Shown: positions 1-9,896 of the stretch, one piece after another
Layout: every line of letters begins with the position of its first letter
Numbering within the stretch: position 1 is the first letter of the stretch
NCBI GenBank assembly: GCA_002377585.1
Contig: DFQC01000005.1
Coordinates: 11,715-75,714, forward strand
Source of the DNA: Anaerolineales bacterium UBA3499
GTDB lineage: Bacteria > Chloroflexota > Anaerolineae > Anaerolineales > UBA11657
Direction of reading: 5' to 3'
DNA: 64,000 bases
Program-made: the position numbers and the translations under genes
The notes under the pieces: generated by a model
What the model saw: the letters and a program-made list of their open reading frames with translations, nothing else
What the model was told of the DNA's origin: nothing
Database searches by the model: none

Positions 1-112
1 CTACGTAAAGTAAATGTTCAAACATTTCAAGAAGAAATAAAGCTAGAATTGGGTGGTGAATCAATCTGATTAGACTAATTTCCTAACAGGAAAATTGAAT
101 TATTTTGTAACT

Positions 113-1117
113 CTATCCACCTATATATGACATCTCTACACGCGATATTTGTTGTGTTTGCTCGCTACGCAACTCAGAATAGCGATCATCTCTATTCCTC
201 CATAATGACGCTACTGTATCAACTATTTTCTCGTCGGGCGTATCACCTCTTAATAAGGCACGCACGTCATATCCTGATGAAGCAAACAAACATGTGAACA
301 ATTCTCCTCTAGCTGACAATCGCAACCTACTACAATCACCACAAAATGGCTGTGAAACCGAGGATATCAACCCAATCTCACCACTCCCATCTGTATATTG
401 CCAACGACTAGCCACTTCACCTAGATAGTTAGGAGCTATAGGTTCAATTGGTAGTTGTGATCCAATAATCTCCACAATTTCTGATGATGGAACTACTTCA
501 TCTAACTTCCATCCATTGCTATCTCCAACATCCATATATTCTATGAAACGAAGAATATGTCCACTATCTCTAAAATATTTTGCCATTGGAACAATACTTT
601 CAAGATTAACACTGCGCATTACAACCATATTGATCTTTATAGGAGTCAATCCGGCGGATGCAGCATTATCAATACCGTTTATCACTTCATCAACAGAAAA
701 ATCTACGTCATTAAGTGATGAAAATGTATCATTATTTAGAGAATCGAGACTAATGGTGATACGTTGCAAACCAGCAGTCTTAAGTGCTAAACACTTGTCT
801 TCTGTTAGAAGTGCTCCATTTGTAGTAAGCGTCAAATCCAAATCCGGAATAAGAGCCAACATTTTTATCAAATGATCAATATCTTTTCGTAATAATGGTT
901 CGCCACCAGTAATACGCACTTTAGTAATTCCTAGATTAACGAGCAATCTAACGAAACGAACAATTTCCTCATACGATAACATTTCACTTCTGGCTAGATA
1001 ATTGTAATCCGAACCAAAAACCTCTTTAGGCATACAATAGACGCATCGAAAGTTACAGCGGTCTGTAACTGAGATGCGCAAATCTTTTAATGGGCGAGAA
1101 AATGTGTCTAAAGTCAT
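113..1117 (-). CDS. moaA: GTP 3',8-cyclase MoaA (radical SAM, molybdenum cofactor biosynthesis)
   Basis: 334-aa ORF; radical-SAM motif CNFRCVYC near N-terminus, second-cluster region FCGDCSRLRL, C-terminal GG tail as in MoaA. Confidence 0.9.
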   Translation of the reverse strand: MTLDTFSRPLKDLRISVTDRCNFRCVYCMPKEVFGSDYNYLARSEMLSYEEIVRFVRLLVNLGITKVRITGGEPLLRKDIDHLIKMLALIPDLDLTLTTNGALLTEDKCLALKTAGLQRITISLDSLNNDTFSSLNDVDFSVDEVINGIDNAASAGLTPIKINMVVMRSVNLESIVPMAKYFRDSGHILRFIEYMDVGDSNGWKLDEVVPSSEIVEIIGSQLPIEPIAPNYLGEVASRWQYTDGSGEIGLISSVSQPFCGDCSRLRLSARGELFTCLFASSGYDVRALLRGDTPDEKIVDTVASLWRNRDDRYSELRSEQTQQISRVEMSYIGG

Positions 1118-1191
1118 AGTGTTGTAATCCGCTCAATACAAATGATACCACCCATCTAAATTTCGGTAGTGATTAGTATAATTACCATAAT

Positions 1192-3576
1192 ATGACAATA
1201 CATATGAAATCGTTTCAAGCACTAGAGATGCCACTAGTATTAGAACAACTAGCTGAGCATTGCCAATTCTCTGCAGGCAGAGAATTGGCAATGAATCTGC
1301 TCCCTACTAATAATCTTGATGTAGCCCAACACCTGCAAACTGAAACTGCTGAAGCCAGAATATTCTTGAACAATCATCAGAATGTTAGTGTAGAAAATGC
1401 ATTTGATGTGCGAAAAGAGATTGCTAAATCTAGATTATCTGCAACATTACAACCTATAGAACTTGTGCGTATTAGAAGCACACTGTCCTCATCGCGAGAA
1501 CTAAAAAAATCTATATTGGGAGCCACCAACAAAAGTAAGATTCTATCTAAACAAGCTAAAATGATCGTTGATTTGCCAGAATTAGAAGATGATATCGATT
1601 GCTGCCTTAATGATCAAGCAGAAGTACTTAGTACAGCTTCAAAAGTATTGGCGGATTTGCGTGACCAAATCAAAAATACAAACAATGAGCTGCTACAAAA
1701 GCTTGAGCATATAACTAATAGCCCTAACAATACAAAATTTTTACAAGAATCGATAGTAACACAACGATCGGACCGCTATGTCATATTATTAAAATCCAAC
1801 TTTAAGGGTCGTATACCTGGAATCATACATGGAGAGTCTACCTCGGGGTCCACACTATTTGTAGAACCCATTATCACAGTAGAACTAAACAATCAATTGC
1901 AACAATTACGAATTTCCGAACAGAAAGAGATTATTCGTATCTTACGTAAGCTGTCTGAAAAAGTTGCTAAGTATGGGTACAAAATTGAGAAGAATATCGA
2001 ATCAATAGCTAACATCGATTTAGCTTTTGCTCGCGCACTATATGCTGAAGCAATTACTGCCACGCAACCAACATTGCTTACTTGGACCGAAATAAAAGAG
2101 CGAGTTTCAGACAATAATAGTCATGGTTGCCCCATTAAGTTAATAGGAGCTAGACATCCATTGTTGTCGAAAAATGATGTGGTTGCCATTGATTTTGTAC
2201 TAGACAACCGTACTAATGTGATAGTGATTACAGGTCCAAATACCGGAGGTAAAACGGTTTGTCTGAAGACAATTGGGTTACTATCTTTGATGGCAGCAAG
2301 TGGTCTACATATCCCAGTAGAACCAGGATCAGAACTTCCTATATTCAACGGAGTCTTTGCAGACATAGGAGATGAGCAATCTATCAAACAGAGTCTGTCC
2401 ACATTTTCTTCTCACATAAACAATATTAAGGATGTGTTAGAAAATATCGACTATCGATCATTAGTACTCCTTGACGAAATAGGAGCTGGTACAGACCCTG
2501 ACGAAGGATCAGCACTGGCACAAGCTTTGTTAGAATATGTTATAAAAATTAAATCCACAGCTATAGTTACCACCCATTATCAACGTCTGAAGCTTTTCTC
2601 ACACAATACTAATGGGGTCCAAAATGCCAGCGTGGACTTCAATCCTAAAACACTGGAACCGTCTTATAAACTAACAATAGGACTGCCTGGAAGATCTAAC
2701 GCACTCACAATTGCTAAGAATCTAAAGATACCAGAACAAATAATTGATCGTGCTAGACAATTATTAAATCATTTAGACAAAAAAGCGGATTCGCTACTTG
2801 CTGACATATATGAATATCGTGAAACAGCAATTAAAGTTCACAAACAACACCTGAAGACAACACAACAATTGGAAACACAAAAATCAGAGTTACAAATGCG
2901 GCTAGATAATATAGATCAAGAGAGACGCACCATTCTATTAGATGGACGCAAGCAAGTAGAAAAAGAATTGCTGAGTATACGTAAAGAAATCAAGAAAATA
3001 CGTGTGAATTTAAAAAACCCCAAATTGCCTAATCAAGATTTGAAAGACTTGGAAAAAAGTATTAAAGACTTGGAAGACAAACCTATAATGTCACCAAAGA
3101 ACAGTAACCCTTATTACGATAGCACACCACCAAAAGATATACGTATAGGAGATTATGTATATATTACGAGGTTACGAACCAACGGAGTAGTTGTTAGATT
3201 GCAAAATGGCGAAGCCGAAGTGCAAATAGGACGTCTACGTCTAAAATCACTGATAGATGAGTTGCAACTAAAGAAAAACACTGATGATGACCGCAATACC
3301 AAAACCAAAATAGTTGATAAGTCAATCGAATCTCCCGGAATGGAATTGCACTTAAGGGGACAACGTATAGAGGATGGACTAGAGAATTTAGATGATTATC
3401 TGACTGATGCAATCATAGCAGAATTACCATGGGTGCGCATCATACACGGCAAAGGAACAGGAAAACTGCGAGAAGCAGTACGAAAGACACTCAAAGCACA
3501 CCCTGAAGTAAAATCGTTTCGCAGAGGAGAACAAGGAGAAGGCGGTGATGGCGTTACAGTCGCTATACTAGACTAA
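1192..3576 (+). CDS. mutS2: Endonuclease MutS2 (MutS-family ATPase with C-terminal Smr domain)
   Basis: 794-aa ORF; Walker A GPNTGGKT, Walker B LLDEIGAGTDP, long charged coiled-coil, C-terminal Smr (LHLRGQR...IHGKGTGKLR). Confidence 0.9.
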   Translation: MTIHMKSFQALEMPLVLEQLAEHCQFSAGRELAMNLLPTNNLDVAQHLQTETAEARIFLNNHQNVSVENAFDVRKEIAKSRLSATLQPIELVRIRSTLSSSRELKKSILGATNKSKILSKQAKMIVDLPELEDDIDCCLNDQAEVLSTASKVLADLRDQIKNTNNELLQKLEHITNSPNNTKFLQESIVTQRSDRYVILLKSNFKGRIPGIIHGESTSGSTLFVEPIITVELNNQLQQLRISEQKEIIRILRKLSEKVAKYGYKIEKNIESIANIDLAFARALYAEAITATQPTLLTWTEIKERVSDNNSHGCPIKLIGARHPLLSKNDVVAIDFVLDNRTNVIVITGPNTGGKTVCLKTIGLLSLMAASGLHIPVEPGSELPIFNGVFADIGDEQSIKQSLSTFSSHINNIKDVLENIDYRSLVLLDEIGAGTDPDEGSALAQALLEYVIKIKSTAIVTTHYQRLKLFSHNTNGVQNASVDFNPKTLEPSYKLTIGLPGRSNALTIAKNLKIPEQIIDRARQLLNHLDKKADSLLADIYEYRETAIKVHKQHLKTTQQLETQKSELQMRLDNIDQERRTILLDGRKQVEKELLSIRKEIKKIRVNLKNPKLPNQDLKDLEKSIKDLEDKPIMSPKNSNPYYDSTPPKDIRIGDYVYITRLRTNGVVVRLQNGEAEVQIGRLRLKSLIDELQLKKNTDDDRNTKTKIVDKSIESPGMELHLRGQRIEDGLENLDDYLTDAIIAELPWVRIIHGKGTGKLREAVRKTLKAHPEVKSFRRGEQGEGGDGVTVAILD

Positions 3577-3627
3577 AAGATTGACTAGAAGGAACATGGA
3601 ACAGTTACACCTTACGAAACAAGCTAC

Positions 3628-4503
3628 TTATGGCAAACTTCTTTCCAACCGCAAATTGTCGAGAATCTTAGATACTGAGTAACTTCGGTTAAGTACGTAG
3701 AAATGTATACCTGACACTCCCGAGTCCCATAAACCTTGTACTTGACGAGTGGCATACTCTACACCCATTGCTCTAGCACCATCATTGTCATTTTCGTACT
3801 TTGCCAATTGCATTTCTAAATCTAGGGGAATACGTGCACCACACAACCTAGTAAATTTACGAATCTGATTAGAGCTTAACACTGGCAGCACTCCCGGTAT
3901 AATAGGAACATTGATACCAATAGCTCTTGCTTTATCTACAAAACGGAAAAAATCATCATTATCGTAAAATAACTGTGTTATTAGAAAATCAGCTCCATTT
4001 TCAACCTTCAATTTTGCATAATGAATGTCATGATCAAAACTCACTGCTTCAGGATGACCCTCAGGATAACAAGCAGCCCCAATACCAAAAGAATATATCC
4101 TATTTATATGACTTATCAAATCTGATGCGTGTTCGAATCCACTATCGGCAGTCAAGTTTATTTGCTGATTATTAGGCAAATCTCCTCGTAGAGCAATAAT
4201 ATTTTCAATAGTAGAATCTTCCAACCGCTCTAAAATCCCATCCAATTCTTTCACAGTATGTCCTACACAAGTTAGGTGAGCCATTACTTCCACGTCATAC
4301 TGTATTTGTGCTTTAGTCGTAAGCTCTTCGCTAAACTTCCTAGTTGAACCCCCAGCACCATACGTAACTGAAATAAAATCGGGTGAATAAGATTGTAGAG
4401 ACTCTATTTTATTGAGTACCGCATTAATGCCTGTAGCTTCTCTCGGAGGGAAAAATTCGAATGAGATTGTACGGGTCTTGGTAAGAATATCTTGTATTTT
4501 CAA
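3628..4503 (-). CDS. metF: 5,10-methylenetetrahydrofolate reductase
   Basis: 291-aa ORF; MTHFR-family signatures ISFEFFPPR and SVTYGAGGST; typical length. Confidence 0.85.
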   Translation of the reverse strand: MKIQDILTKTRTISFEFFPPREATGINAVLNKIESLQSYSPDFISVTYGAGGSTRKFSEELTTKAQIQYDVEVMAHLTCVGHTVKELDGILERLEDSTIENIIALRGDLPNNQQINLTADSGFEHASDLISHINRIYSFGIGAACYPEGHPEAVSFDHDIHYAKLKVENGADFLITQLFYDNDDFFRFVDKARAIGINVPIIPGVLPVLSSNQIRKFTRLCGARIPLDLEMQLAKYENDNDGARAMGVEYATRQVQGLWDSGVSGIHFYVLNRSYSVSKILDNLRLERSLP

Positions 4504-4607
4504 ACTAAAACCCTGATCCTATTGTGGTAAACCATATTTATTGGTCAATATAGTAACAATATCTGATTATAACCCCAATGAATAGCACTCACAAACAATA
4601 CAAAAGC

Positions 4608-5234
4608 CTACTTTGTCAAAAATCTTTCGCGCAACAAATATATAGCACGATTAAAAAACCGCACCCTAGCAAGTAACATAATACACATTACAGCAGCGAA
4701 CATCAACGGTTGGCGTATATCTGATTTTACTGCCCAAATATAGTGAGCTACAGCTAGTACGCCTGTCAAGTACACAAGTCTATGTAACATCTTCCAGTAC
4801 TTTCCTAATCGACGGATCCAACCATGAGTGGAGGTAACAGCTAACGGCACCAATGTGAAATATGCTAAAAGACCTAATATAACATACGGCTTCTTGAATA
4901 CAGATGAACGAAGAAGTTCGATATCAAATCCATAATCCAAACCAACAAATACCAAAAGATGTAAGCTTGCATACATGAAAGCATATAATCCTAAACTACG
5001 CCGAAACTGAAGAAGACTGTGTAATCCGAACCATTTCCTAATTGGAGTAATTGACAGAACAAGGACCAAAAATATTAAGGCTGGTTTTCCTGTACGAATC
5101 GTGATGTCTTGAATTGGATTAACACTTAGATTGTCATAACCCAGGTCATAAAAAAGCATAACCAATGGCAATAAAGCACATATATGTAAAATTATTCGAA
5201 TATATTTACTCATAAAACCAATAATACTATCCAT
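4608..5234 (-). CDS. msrQ: Protein-methionine-sulfoxide reductase heme-binding membrane subunit (YedZ/MsrQ family)
   Basis: 208-aa polytopic membrane ORF with conserved His in TM helices, immediately downstream of the msrP homologue. Confidence 0.75.
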   Translation of the reverse strand: MDSIIGFMSKYIRIILHICALLPLVMLFYDLGYDNLSVNPIQDITIRTGKPALIFLVLVLSITPIRKWFGLHSLLQFRRSLGLYAFMYASLHLLVFVGLDYGFDIELLRSSVFKKPYVILGLLAYFTLVPLAVTSTHGWIRRLGKYWKMLHRLVYLTGVLAVAHYIWAVKSDIRQPLMFAAVMCIMLLARVRFFNRAIYLLRERFLTK

Positions 5235-5298
5235 GAAACCGCCTAATGCACCACATTAAACCATCTGAAATATTTAGTATAACTATCTTAACCAAATC

Positions 5299-6249
5299 CT
5301 AAAAATTATATTGCAAGTCCATATTGGAATAAAGAGAATCAACTTGTTCTGCATAGCCATTAAATAACATTGTGTCTCTACGTCCCATTTCACCTATACG
5401 TCTCTCTGTATCCTGTGACCAACGTGGATGATGCACGTTTGGATTAACATTTGCATAGAATCCATATTCATTGGGAGCAGCTTTCATCCACAATGATACA
5501 GGTTGTTGGTCAACTAAATCTATGCGAACAATGCTCTTGATGCTTTTAAAGCCGTATTTCCAAGGTACGACTAACCTCAAAGGAGCACCATTTTGAGGCA
5601 GCAGTGTACGACCATATATACCTGTGGCTAATATCGTCAAGTCATGAGCAGCTTCGTCAAGACGAAGTCCTTCAACGTACGGCCATGAGTACCAGCGATC
5701 ATTCTGCCCTGGAAACTGTACAGGGTCATACAAGGTTTCGAATCGAACATAACGCGCATTCATTGTAGGTTCGACCTCATCCAGCAATCTCCTTAATGGA
5801 AACCCCATCCAGGGCACAATCATGGACCAGCCTTCCACACAGCGCAGTCTATATACCCGTTCCTCTTGGTCAAACTTGGTTAACAGATTTTCCACCTGGT
5901 ACCGACCTGGGTTTTTGACCAACCCACCTACATCTATCTCCCATGGCGATATTTTTAAATCCTGTGCCATCACAGCAACCCGCTCTTTATTGACTGAAAA
6001 TTCATAGAAATTATTGTAATTAGTAATCGATGTATAGCTTGTCCAACTTTCACCCAACTCATCTACACCAATACTTGTATTATCTACATCTAAGCTCACA
6101 TCAGTAGAGTCGCTTTGCTTGGCACAAGCAGTAATCACTGATGCTCCTAACGCCATTTTGCTAGCTCTCGACATAAACTTGCGTCTCGATACATATATAT
6201 GCTCAGGCGTAATCTCCGAAGAACGAATAATACTCATAATTAATTTCAC
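5299..6249 (-). CDS. msrP: Protein-methionine-sulfoxide reductase catalytic subunit (YedY/MsrP, sulfite-oxidase-family molybdopterin enzyme)
   Basis: 316-aa ORF; twin-arginine signal (SRRKFMSRAS), oxidoreductase molybdopterin-binding domain resembling E. coli YedY; paired with msrQ. Confidence 0.8.
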   Translation of the reverse strand: MKLIMSIIRSSEITPEHIYVSRRKFMSRASKMALGASVITACAKQSDSTDVSLDVDNTSIGVDELGESWTSYTSITNYNNFYEFSVNKERVAVMAQDLKISPWEIDVGGLVKNPGRYQVENLLTKFDQEERVYRLRCVEGWSMIVPWMGFPLRRLLDEVEPTMNARYVRFETLYDPVQFPGQNDRWYSWPYVEGLRLDEAAHDLTILATGIYGRTLLPQNGAPLRLVVPWKYGFKSIKSIVRIDLVDQQPVSLWMKAAPNEYGFYANVNPNVHHPRWSQDTERRIGEMGRRDTMLFNGYAEQVDSLYSNMDLQYNF

Positions 6250-6340
6250 CCAAATATCTATCTCAATTTAATCTAATTATAGAACACCAAATATATCTAA
6301 AGTGATGCAATAGTGATGCCTAAAATAGTACAATACTTAC

Positions 6341-7363
6341 ATGACTTCACCCAATGTATCAATCCTGATGCCAGTACGTAACGCAGCTAATACCCTACAA
6401 GAAACGTTAGAAAGTATTCAATCTCAAACCTTGGCAGATTTTGAGTTGATCGCCGTAAATGATGGGTCAGATGATGATACAAGTAAAATTTTGCATGCCT
6501 ACTCTACAAATGACAAACGGATTAAAGCAGTGGACATAGTGAATGGTGGCATAATCAAAGCTCTAAATCATGGTCTAGCACTTTGCCAAAGCAATTTTGT
6601 TGCTCGAATGGATGCAGATGATCTGCTACATCCTAAAAGATTGGAAATGCAACTGAAACACCTACAGGATAATCCAAGACTTAGTATCACAAGCTGCCTA
6701 GCCAAGCCATTCCCTCACAATTCTTATAACAAAGGCTTTCATCGTTATGTTGATTGGCTTAATTCATTAACAACCAGCTCGGAAATATATCGCGACATTT
6801 TTGTAGAGAGCCCTGTCCCACATCCATCAGTCATGCTTAGAAAGAAAGAGTTACAAAGTCTTGGAGGATACAAAGATAATGGATGGGCGGAAGACTATGA
6901 CCTCTGGCTACGATATTTTATTGCGGGTAAACAAATCAGTAAAATACCTCAAGTTCTACTTTACTGGCGAGATCATCCGAACCGCACAAGTCGAACAGAC
7001 TCTCGATATTCAGTTGAAAATTTTCTAAAAGCTAAAGTGTATTATTTACTGCGTGGACCACTATTAAACCGAGAGACTATAATTATTTGGGGTGCTGGAC
7101 AAATGGGAAAACGAATATCAAAACACCTTATACGTAGTGAGGTGCCGGTAAGTGTTTTTCTCGATATTAATCCTAAAAAAATTGGTCAAAAACTACGTGG
7201 GCGACCAATTTGCTCAGCAAACCGATTACCGAACTTGTGGAAACAGTCTACCCGACCTATCGTACTAGTATCCGTGGGGTCGCATGGTGCCCGGAACCTG
7301 ATACGAAATCAAATGCAGGAGTGGGGTTTTAATGAAACTGAGGATTATTGGTGCGTAGCCTAA
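6341..7363 (+). CDS. Family 2 glycosyltransferase with C-terminal Rossmann-like (GxGxxG) extension
   Basis: 340-aa ORF; GT-A N-terminus VSILMPVRNA, DxD-like MDADD; C-terminal ~100 aa with WGAGQMG dinucleotide-fold motif. Confidence 0.75.
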   Translation: MTSPNVSILMPVRNAANTLQETLESIQSQTLADFELIAVNDGSDDDTSKILHAYSTNDKRIKAVDIVNGGIIKALNHGLALCQSNFVARMDADDLLHPKRLEMQLKHLQDNPRLSITSCLAKPFPHNSYNKGFHRYVDWLNSLTTSSEIYRDIFVESPVPHPSVMLRKKELQSLGGYKDNGWAEDYDLWLRYFIAGKQISKIPQVLLYWRDHPNRTSRTDSRYSVENFLKAKVYYLLRGPLLNRETIIIWGAGQMGKRISKHLIRSEVPVSVFLDINPKKIGQKLRGRPICSANRLPNLWKQSTRPIVLVSVGSHGARNLIRNQMQEWGFNETEDYWCVA

Positions 7364-7392
7364 ACAATGTAGTTATGCAGCATATCAATAAA

Positions 7393-8211
7393 TCAGTCCT
7401 GTAACCCAAGGCTATAAACATCCTTTCTCAACCAACCGCTCTTTTTTGCAACCTCTTTTGAAGCTTCCGAAAGCGTCTTTCCGGACATAGTAGCAATTTC
7501 CAACGATTGCAATACTTGAGCATTGCTCCATTTAGCAACAATCTCCTTTGGACAGCCACCTACAACTAAAGTAATTTCACCCCTGACCAAACCATTAAAA
7601 TGCTGCTGGGCAGATCTGACATCGCCACGAAACATTTCCTCATGCATCTTAGTTAATTCGCGCCCCACAGCTATAGGCCGATTTCCTAACTCTATTTCAA
7701 TATCGCTAAGCGACTCTTGAAGCCTGTGTGGCGCCTCAAAAAAAACCAAGGTGCGTTCTTCTGTAGAGTTATCAGATAACATACGCTTCCGCTCAGATGA
7801 CTTCCGCGGTAGAAATCCTAGATAAACAAAAGCATCTGTTGGCAATCCTGATACCGATAGTGCAGCTAGCAATGCCGAAGGCCCTGGTATAGGACGGACC
7901 TCATAACCAGCTTCTAAGGCAGCTACAATCAGTTGATATCCTGGATCTGAAATTGTTGGCATACCGCTATCAGAAATTAGTGCAACATCACCACGAGACA
8001 ATGCTGACAGGATGCTGTCAATCTTTTTTAGTTTGTTGTGTTCAAAATAGCTGGTTAGAGCGGTATTAATATTAAAATAGGATAGTAATTTTTTTGAACG
8101 CCGCGTATCTTCAGCAGCCACAAGACCAACTTCGCCCAAAATACGTATTGCGCGAGGACTCAGATCTTCAAGGTTACCAATCGGCGTCGCTACAATGTAG
8201 AGTATACCCAT
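7393..8211 (-). CDS. rsmI: 16S rRNA (cytidine1402-2'-O)-methyltransferase
   Basis: 272-aa ORF; N-terminus LYIVATPIGNLEDLSPRA and tetrapyrrole-methylase fold typical of RsmI. Confidence 0.85.
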   Translation of the reverse strand: MGILYIVATPIGNLEDLSPRAIRILGEVGLVAAEDTRRSKKLLSYFNINTALTSYFEHNKLKKIDSILSALSRGDVALISDSGMPTISDPGYQLIVAALEAGYEVRPIPGPSALLAALSVSGLPTDAFVYLGFLPRKSSERKRMLSDNSTEERTLVFFEAPHRLQESLSDIEIELGNRPIAVGRELTKMHEEMFRGDVRSAQQHFNGLVRGEITLVVGGCPKEIVAKWSNAQVLQSLEIATMSGKTLSEASKEVAKKSGWLRKDVYSLGLQD

Positions 8212-8229
8212 AATTACTGCGTATTAACA

Positions 8230-8898
8230 TTACTGACTCCAGACAAAATTGACCAGTATTAAGTTGCGATCACAATCATCAAATGTACTCACTGGATAAC
8301 TCTCTGAAACTGGATTCCCAAATACATCCAACAACTGTACCGTGTACAGCATATCAGTTGCAACCGGGGCACTGGCTAATGTAACCTCATAACCAGCTGG
8401 TCCAAATTCAGTCTTGGTGCCGATAAGAGCATCTTTGGAGAACCCATCTGGTCCCTCGACATGAACAATCAAATCCTCCGCCGCATTACCCTGAACATCA
8501 AAGACAGTACCAGCCACACCTAACCAATCACACCCAAGTTCAGGGTAAGCAAACTGACTTGTGTGCCCTATACTACCTTCCTGTAATACATAGTTATAAA
8601 CTGTAACAGGTTCTACAACTGAGGTTGCAGTCGGAGCAATAGTAGGTTCAGGTTGAATTACAATTGCGGTAGGAGGAACATTGGTATTAGTTGGCACCAA
8701 TGTGGGTATAGAAGTAGATGTAGGAACTGGTGTTTCTGTCGCCAAGATGGCACGTACAGGCACCCGTGGCGGTGGAAATGGATTGATAAATGATTGTGGA
8801 TCGACAAATATATATAGATAAATCCCACCAACCATCATTGTTGCATAAATCAGCGCAGAGGTTAGTACATCTAAGATAGGGCGTCTACGTTTACGCAT
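8230..8898 (-). CDS. Hypothetical membrane-anchored protein with Pro/Thr-rich linker
   Basis: 222-aa ORF; basic N-terminus plus one TM helix, PT-rich spacer, ~120-aa C-terminal domain with two Cys; no family recognised. Confidence 0.5.
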   Translation of the reverse strand: MRKRRRPILDVLTSALIYATMMVGGIYLYIFVDPQSFINPFPPPRVPVRAILATETPVPTSTSIPTLVPTNTNVPPTAIVIQPEPTIAPTATSVVEPVTVYNYVLQEGSIGHTSQFAYPELGCDWLGVAGTVFDVQGNAAEDLIVHVEGPDGFSKDALIGTKTEFGPAGYEVTLASAPVATDMLYTVQLLDVFGNPVSESYPVSTFDDCDRNLILVNFVWSQ

Positions 8899-8925
8899 AA
8901 ACCAACTCCTGTCTTCTATACAATA

Positions 8926-9870
8926 TCACTGTATAAATTTCTCTATTACGGCTTGCGACCTCAAATCAGCAAGCCAACGATCAAGTGTTGTTCTTCTTAC
9001 TACTATAGCGGTATTGGGTGTCAGCTCCCGTTCCAAGTTACGATCTATGGTCTGAATTATATGGAAACCAATCTCAGTCTCCACAATATCCCCCAACTGT
9101 CCTGGGTCCAAACTAAATGCTTCCGCTTCCAAAGCTAACATCGTAAGTAGTCCTCTTGGAAACCATCCTAAATCTCCACCATTCATGCTTGTACTACGAT
9201 CAAGCGAGTGTAAAGATGCTATGGTTGCAAAATCCGCGCCAGAAATGATTTTACTACGTAAATCCTCCGCTTGTTCCCTAGTAGCCACCACTATATGACG
9301 CGCATTTACCTGTTCAGCATGAGTTCCTACATCATTCAGCACTAACTCTCGCACTTTTGTAGCAAACAATTGCTCCTCCAGATAAGCCTGGAATTCGACC
9401 TCAGTGTAAATGTTCTCATCTAACCACTGCTCAAATCCAGTCTGACCACCACGCGCGGATACACTATCTGCATAAGCTTCCTCTAACTGCCGATTTGTTA
9501 CTGTTATACCCTGTTCATGTGCAGTTTGAATAATCAACTCAGACATTATCAACTGCTCTAGTACATCAATAGAATATGTATCAATTTTTGCAGTTGATAG
9601 TTCCGATTTTTGTAGAGCAGTTTCATAACGCAGTACCTCACGCTCATATCGATCTTCAAAAATGGGGACTGTATTTACTGTAGCAACAATGAGTTCATCA
9701 TCGGCTACCACTGTATTAGTTACTTGCGGCTCAATATGCTGCTCTTCACCACTGTTGTCTGCTACTGGATCATCGCTGCCCCCATTAGTTATAAACTGAC
9801 AGGAACTGAGTAGACAACAAGCAATAATGCTAGCAAATATAAGGTAGAAGTTTTTCAAATAAATGTACAC
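8926..9870 (-). CDS. Peptidyl-prolyl cis-trans isomerase, PrsA/SurA-like parvulin lipoprotein
   Basis: 314-aa ORF; signal peptide ending in lipobox-like LLSSC; parvulin rotamase region (ARHIVV...GGDLGWFPRG). Confidence 0.75.
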   Translation of the reverse strand: MYIYLKNFYLIFASIIACCLLSSCQFITNGGSDDPVADNSGEEQHIEPQVTNTVVADDELIVATVNTVPIFEDRYEREVLRYETALQKSELSTAKIDTYSIDVLEQLIMSELIIQTAHEQGITVTNRQLEEAYADSVSARGGQTGFEQWLDENIYTEVEFQAYLEEQLFATKVRELVLNDVGTHAEQVNARHIVVATREQAEDLRSKIISGADFATIASLHSLDRSTSMNGGDLGWFPRGLLTMLALEAEAFSLDPGQLGDIVETEIGFHIIQTIDRNLERELTPNTAIVVRRTTLDRWLADLRSQAVIEKFIQ

Positions 9871-9896
9871 ATATATATTGAATTAAGCGGACAACA

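Noticed and set aside
1-69. Open plus-strand frame at the window edge ending ...LELGGESI-stop
   Set aside because: Only 22 codons are visible and no motif is recognisable. It may be the 3' end of a gene convergent with moaA, but this cannot be supported.
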